A stretch of 15,315 bases of DNA from an uncultured archaeon (GTDB lineage Archaea > Iainarchaeota > Iainarchaeia > Iainarchaeales > CSSED10-239). The position numbers were made by a program, and so were the translations under genes. Numbering within the stretch: the first letter of the stretch is position 1; every line of letters begins with the position of its first letter. Under the pieces are notes generated by a model. The model ran no database searches. It saw only the letters and a list, made by a program, of their open reading frames with translations, and had not been told where the DNA came from. Shown here piece after piece: positions 13,349-15,315 of this stretch. Where the stretch lies: assembly GCA_964586355.1 (NCBI GenBank), contig CAZPGO010000017.1, positions 1-15,315 of the forward strand, in the 5' to 3' direction.

Positions 13349-13834
13349 TTGAAAACACCGCCGACAGAAATAACAACAGTAGTGGTCAATAACAAAGAAA
13401 TAAAATTGGACCCAAGAAATATGGAGTTCAATGATGGAAATATTAGCGAATTTATGCAAAAAGAATATGGGTGGATAGATTATTTTGGAAAACAACTAGA
13501 GCTAGCTCAAAAAGACAGGCTTCTCGCAGAGATAGAAGCAGAAGAACTATATAGTAAAAAATATGTGGAGGCCAAAGATTCCGGGGGCACAGAGAATTAT
13601 GCAAAAGCAAAAGCTATGGCCGACCCTGGTGTTGTTTCCGCAAAAAAAAGAGTTGTTGAAAAAAAAGAAATAGAAGGTTATCTTAAAGCTCATTTGAGAG
13701 CTTGGGATAAAAATCATGATAATGCGCAAAATAGAGGTTATAGCTTAAGAAAAGAATTAGACAAATTAAATAAAGATATTTATAAATCCAAATCTATAGA
13801 AGATGATTTTGATAGATTTACTGGAGAAATGTAG
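13349..13834 (+). CDS. hypothetical coiled-coil protein, possibly a UvsY-like recombination mediator
   Basis: The ORF is open from 13334. Candidate starts are TTG 13334 (11-nt overlap with dnaB), TTG 13349 (GGAGA 8 nt upstream) and ATG 13421. LDPRNMEFNDGNISEFMQKEY and the C-terminal NRGYSLRKEL loosely follow the UvsY pattern. This is a weak call made by eye. Confidence 0.3.
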   Translation: MKTPPTEITTVVVNNKEIKLDPRNMEFNDGNISEFMQKEYGWIDYFGKQLELAQKDRLLAEIEAEELYSKKYVEAKDSGGTENYAKAKAMADPGVVSAKKRVVEKKEIEGYLKAHLRAWDKNHDNAQNRGYSLRKELDKLNKDIYKSKSIEDDFDRFTGEM

Positions 13835-14427
13835 TGAATTATAAACTAGATCCAGATAACATAACTCAATTCGATGCCACCAAAGAAGAATTGGAACTTC
13901 AAATACTTTTTTGGATATGTGCTGCAGGCAAAAATGGACATGTTGCATCTGGTTGTTTGGCCGATTTTTTAAATTATTTTTCATTTAAAAATAAAAAAAT
14001 TTCACCATTTGAAATAATCGAATCAATAGATAATCTCCCTCTTAAACTTAAAGAGTTTGGGATAGGCTGCTACAACAACAAGGCCAGAACAATAAAAGAA
14101 TTAATAAACAAAAATTTAAATTTAAAAACTTGCACTCTTGAGGAGTTAGAATCTTTGTGGGGAATGGGCCCTAAAACATCAAGGTGCTTTTTAATACACA
14201 CAAGAAGGGATCAAAAATTCGCAGGTCTGGATAGACATGTTTTGAGATTTTTAAGAGAAAAAGGATATAATGTTCCTAAAAATTCTCCCAATAAAAAACA
14301 ATATAAAGAACTTGAAATTGTGTTTCTAAACATAGCACAAAAAATGAATAAAACACCAAGTGAATTGGATTTAGAAATATGGAAGAAAAAGAGAATACTG
14401 CCGAAAATTTTAGAAAAAACTTTATAA
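13834..14427 (+). CDS. HhH-GPD superfamily DNA glycosylase (endonuclease III / Ogg-like), no Fe-S cluster motif
   Basis: GTG start with GGAGA 6 nt upstream, overlapping the upstream TAG by 1 nt. Helix-hairpin-helix LWGMGPKTSRCFL carries the Lys. LDRHVLRF carries the Asp 19 residues later, similar to the K120-D138 spacing (18 residues) in EndoIII. No C-terminal Cys cluster. Confidence 0.7.
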   Translation: MNYKLDPDNITQFDATKEELELQILFWICAAGKNGHVASGCLADFLNYFSFKNKKISPFEIIESIDNLPLKLKEFGIGCYNNKARTIKELINKNLNLKTCTLEELESLWGMGPKTSRCFLIHTRRDQKFAGLDRHVLRFLREKGYNVPKNSPNKKQYKELEIVFLNIAQKMNKTPSELDLEIWKKKRILPKILEKTL

Positions 14428-14921
14428 AAAGTTTTGATCCACCTTGTGAAAGACCGAGCTTTATAGAATATTTTCTTCTAATAGCTTCAGACCTGTCTTT
14501 AAGAAGCGATGATCCAAACATAAGACATGGGGCTGTTATAACAACACTAGAAAATAATATCATAGGCACTGGATATAATGGTACCATACAAAAGTCTAAT
14601 TTAGAAAAAATACCTATAAACATAAGAGACAAGAAAAGAAAGTATATGATTCATGCTGAAGAAAACGCCATGCTTAATTGTGTGGTTAGCCCCAAAACAA
14701 TCGGTGGAGCAAGAATTTATGTTACCGGACTTCCCTGTGTTAATTGCCTTCAAAGGATGATTAATTTTGACATTAAAGAAATATACTACGCAGATAGAAT
14801 AGGTAGCATACTAGAAGATGAAGAAACAAATTTCATGAGAAAAAACATATTAGAAATGAGCTCTATATCAATGATTAAGGTTTGCACTAATACCAAGTGG
14901 TTGAAAAAAAATTATGTTTAA
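14379..14921 (+). CDS. dCMP deaminase (cytidine/deoxycytidylate deaminase zinc-binding family)
   Basis: RPSFIEYFLLIASDLSLRS matches the dCMP deaminase N-terminal pattern. Zinc and catalytic motifs HAEENAM and PCVNCLQ are present. It overlaps the glycosylase gene by 49 nt. Confidence 0.9.
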   Translation: MEEKENTAENFRKNFIKSFDPPCERPSFIEYFLLIASDLSLRSDDPNIRHGAVITTLENNIIGTGYNGTIQKSNLEKIPINIRDKKRKYMIHAEENAMLNCVVSPKTIGGARIYVTGLPCVNCLQRMINFDIKEIYYADRIGSILEDEETNFMRKNILEMSSISMIKVCTNTKWLKKNYV

Positions 14922-15315
14922 TGATATTAAAAATAAATTATTAAAAAAATTTTTAGGTTCTAATAAATTAACAAGTAATTATAAATTTATTGATGAACTT
15001 TCTAAGAAATCCATCAAGTATAACGACGATTTTTATATTCCATTTTTTTATTATTTAGGACAATACATAAAACCAAAAAGATTTTTAGAAATAGGTTTGA
15101 ATTTAGCAATATATAGTGGTTGTTTTTTAAAATCCTGTAAAACGGTTGAGTATTTTCTGGGTTTTCAACAAAAGAATGATAAATATTTTAATTTTAATAT
15201 TCCAAAAAGCAACTTAAAGATTAACTATAAAAATAATTTAGAGTTTTATCATGGAGATTTTTTTGATTATGATTTTCAAGAATTAATAAATAAAAAAAAA
15301 TTTGAGTTAATTATT
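14914..15315 (+). CDS. class I SAM-dependent methyltransferase-like protein, 3' end cut by the window edge (absent from the ORF track)
   Basis: Hand translation of 134 codons found no stop. The ATG overlaps the deaminase stop by 8 nt (ATGTTTAA). RFLEIGLNLAIYSG resembles motif I (LEIGxxxGxS). LEFYHGDFFDYDFQELINKKKFELII resembles the downstream GDxxE...FDLIxxD pattern. Confidence 0.45.
   Translation, partial: MFNDIKNKLLKKFLGSNKLTSNYKFIDELSKKSIKYNDDFYIPFFYYLGQYIKPKRFLEIGLNLAIYSGCFLKSCKTVEYFLGFQQKNDKYFNFNIPKSNLKINYKNNLEFYHGDFFDYDFQELINKKKFELII

Noticed and set aside
980-14632. Other short antisense ORFs in the track: 980-1288+, 2285-2506-, 2976-3254-, 3584-3967-, 4203-4418-, 4962-5198-, 6530-6751-, 7831-8100+, 8175-8417+, 10587-10844-, 12306-12554-, 13547-13729-, 13766-13984-, 14276-14632-
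   Set aside because: Each lies wholly or almost wholly inside, and antisense to, a longer gene that is motif-supported or in operon register; 6530-6751 and 13766-13984 extend only slightly past their host gene. The translations are hydrophobic low-complexity shadows with no recognisable motifs.
1-15315. Alternative genetic code (TGA or TAG reassignment), which occurs in some AT-rich phage genomes
   Set aside because: TAA, TAG and TGA all terminate ORFs at sensible protein ends. TGA stops take part in ATGA start-stop overlaps (3232-3235 and 4644-4647). No motif-supported gene is interrupted by an in-frame stop.
1-15315. CRISPR arrays, rRNA genes, transposase or integrase genes, terminal repeats
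   Set aside because: I found no regularly spaced repeat-spacer structure, no rRNA-like conserved blocks and no recombinase motifs in any ORF. The only repeats found are those listed as features.

Overview
This is a densely packed, strongly AT-rich region that looks like the replication, recombination and nucleotide-metabolism module of a tailed phage. I support 20 coding regions. Two of them run off the window edges and are missing from the ORF track: 1-398 on the minus strand and 14914-15315 on the plus strand. Calls backed by catalytic motifs: Mre11/SbcD-type nuclease, RecD/Dda-like SF1 helicase, DExH SF2 helicase, a repeat-rich homing-endonuclease-like protein, an AEP-type primase-polymerase, a compact family A DNA polymerase, a DnaB-family helicase, an HhH-GPD glycosylase and a dCMP deaminase. 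Weaker calls: a thioredoxin-fold protein lacking CxxC, a sigma region-2-like protein, a UvsY-like protein and a class I methyltransferase-like fragment. Genes are joined by ATGA, TAATG and ATGTnTAA overlaps, which suggests translational coupling. All three stop codons end sensible proteins, so the standard genetic code applies. I recognised no rRNA, tRNA or CRISPR array. The points most worth a second look: (1) four small proteins, arranged as two head-to-head divergent pairs, share an N-terminal leader resembling the T4 internal-protein capsid targeting sequence; (2) a GC-rich island encodes a GGM-repeat low-complexity protein; (3) an unusual replisome combines an AEP primase, a 438-aa polymerase A with HDG in motif C, and DnaB; (4) an orphan-gene island with strand flips splits the replication module; (5) glycosylase, dCMP deaminase and methyltransferase-like genes form an overlapping cluster. 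All function calls come from motif reading by eye. No database search was run.
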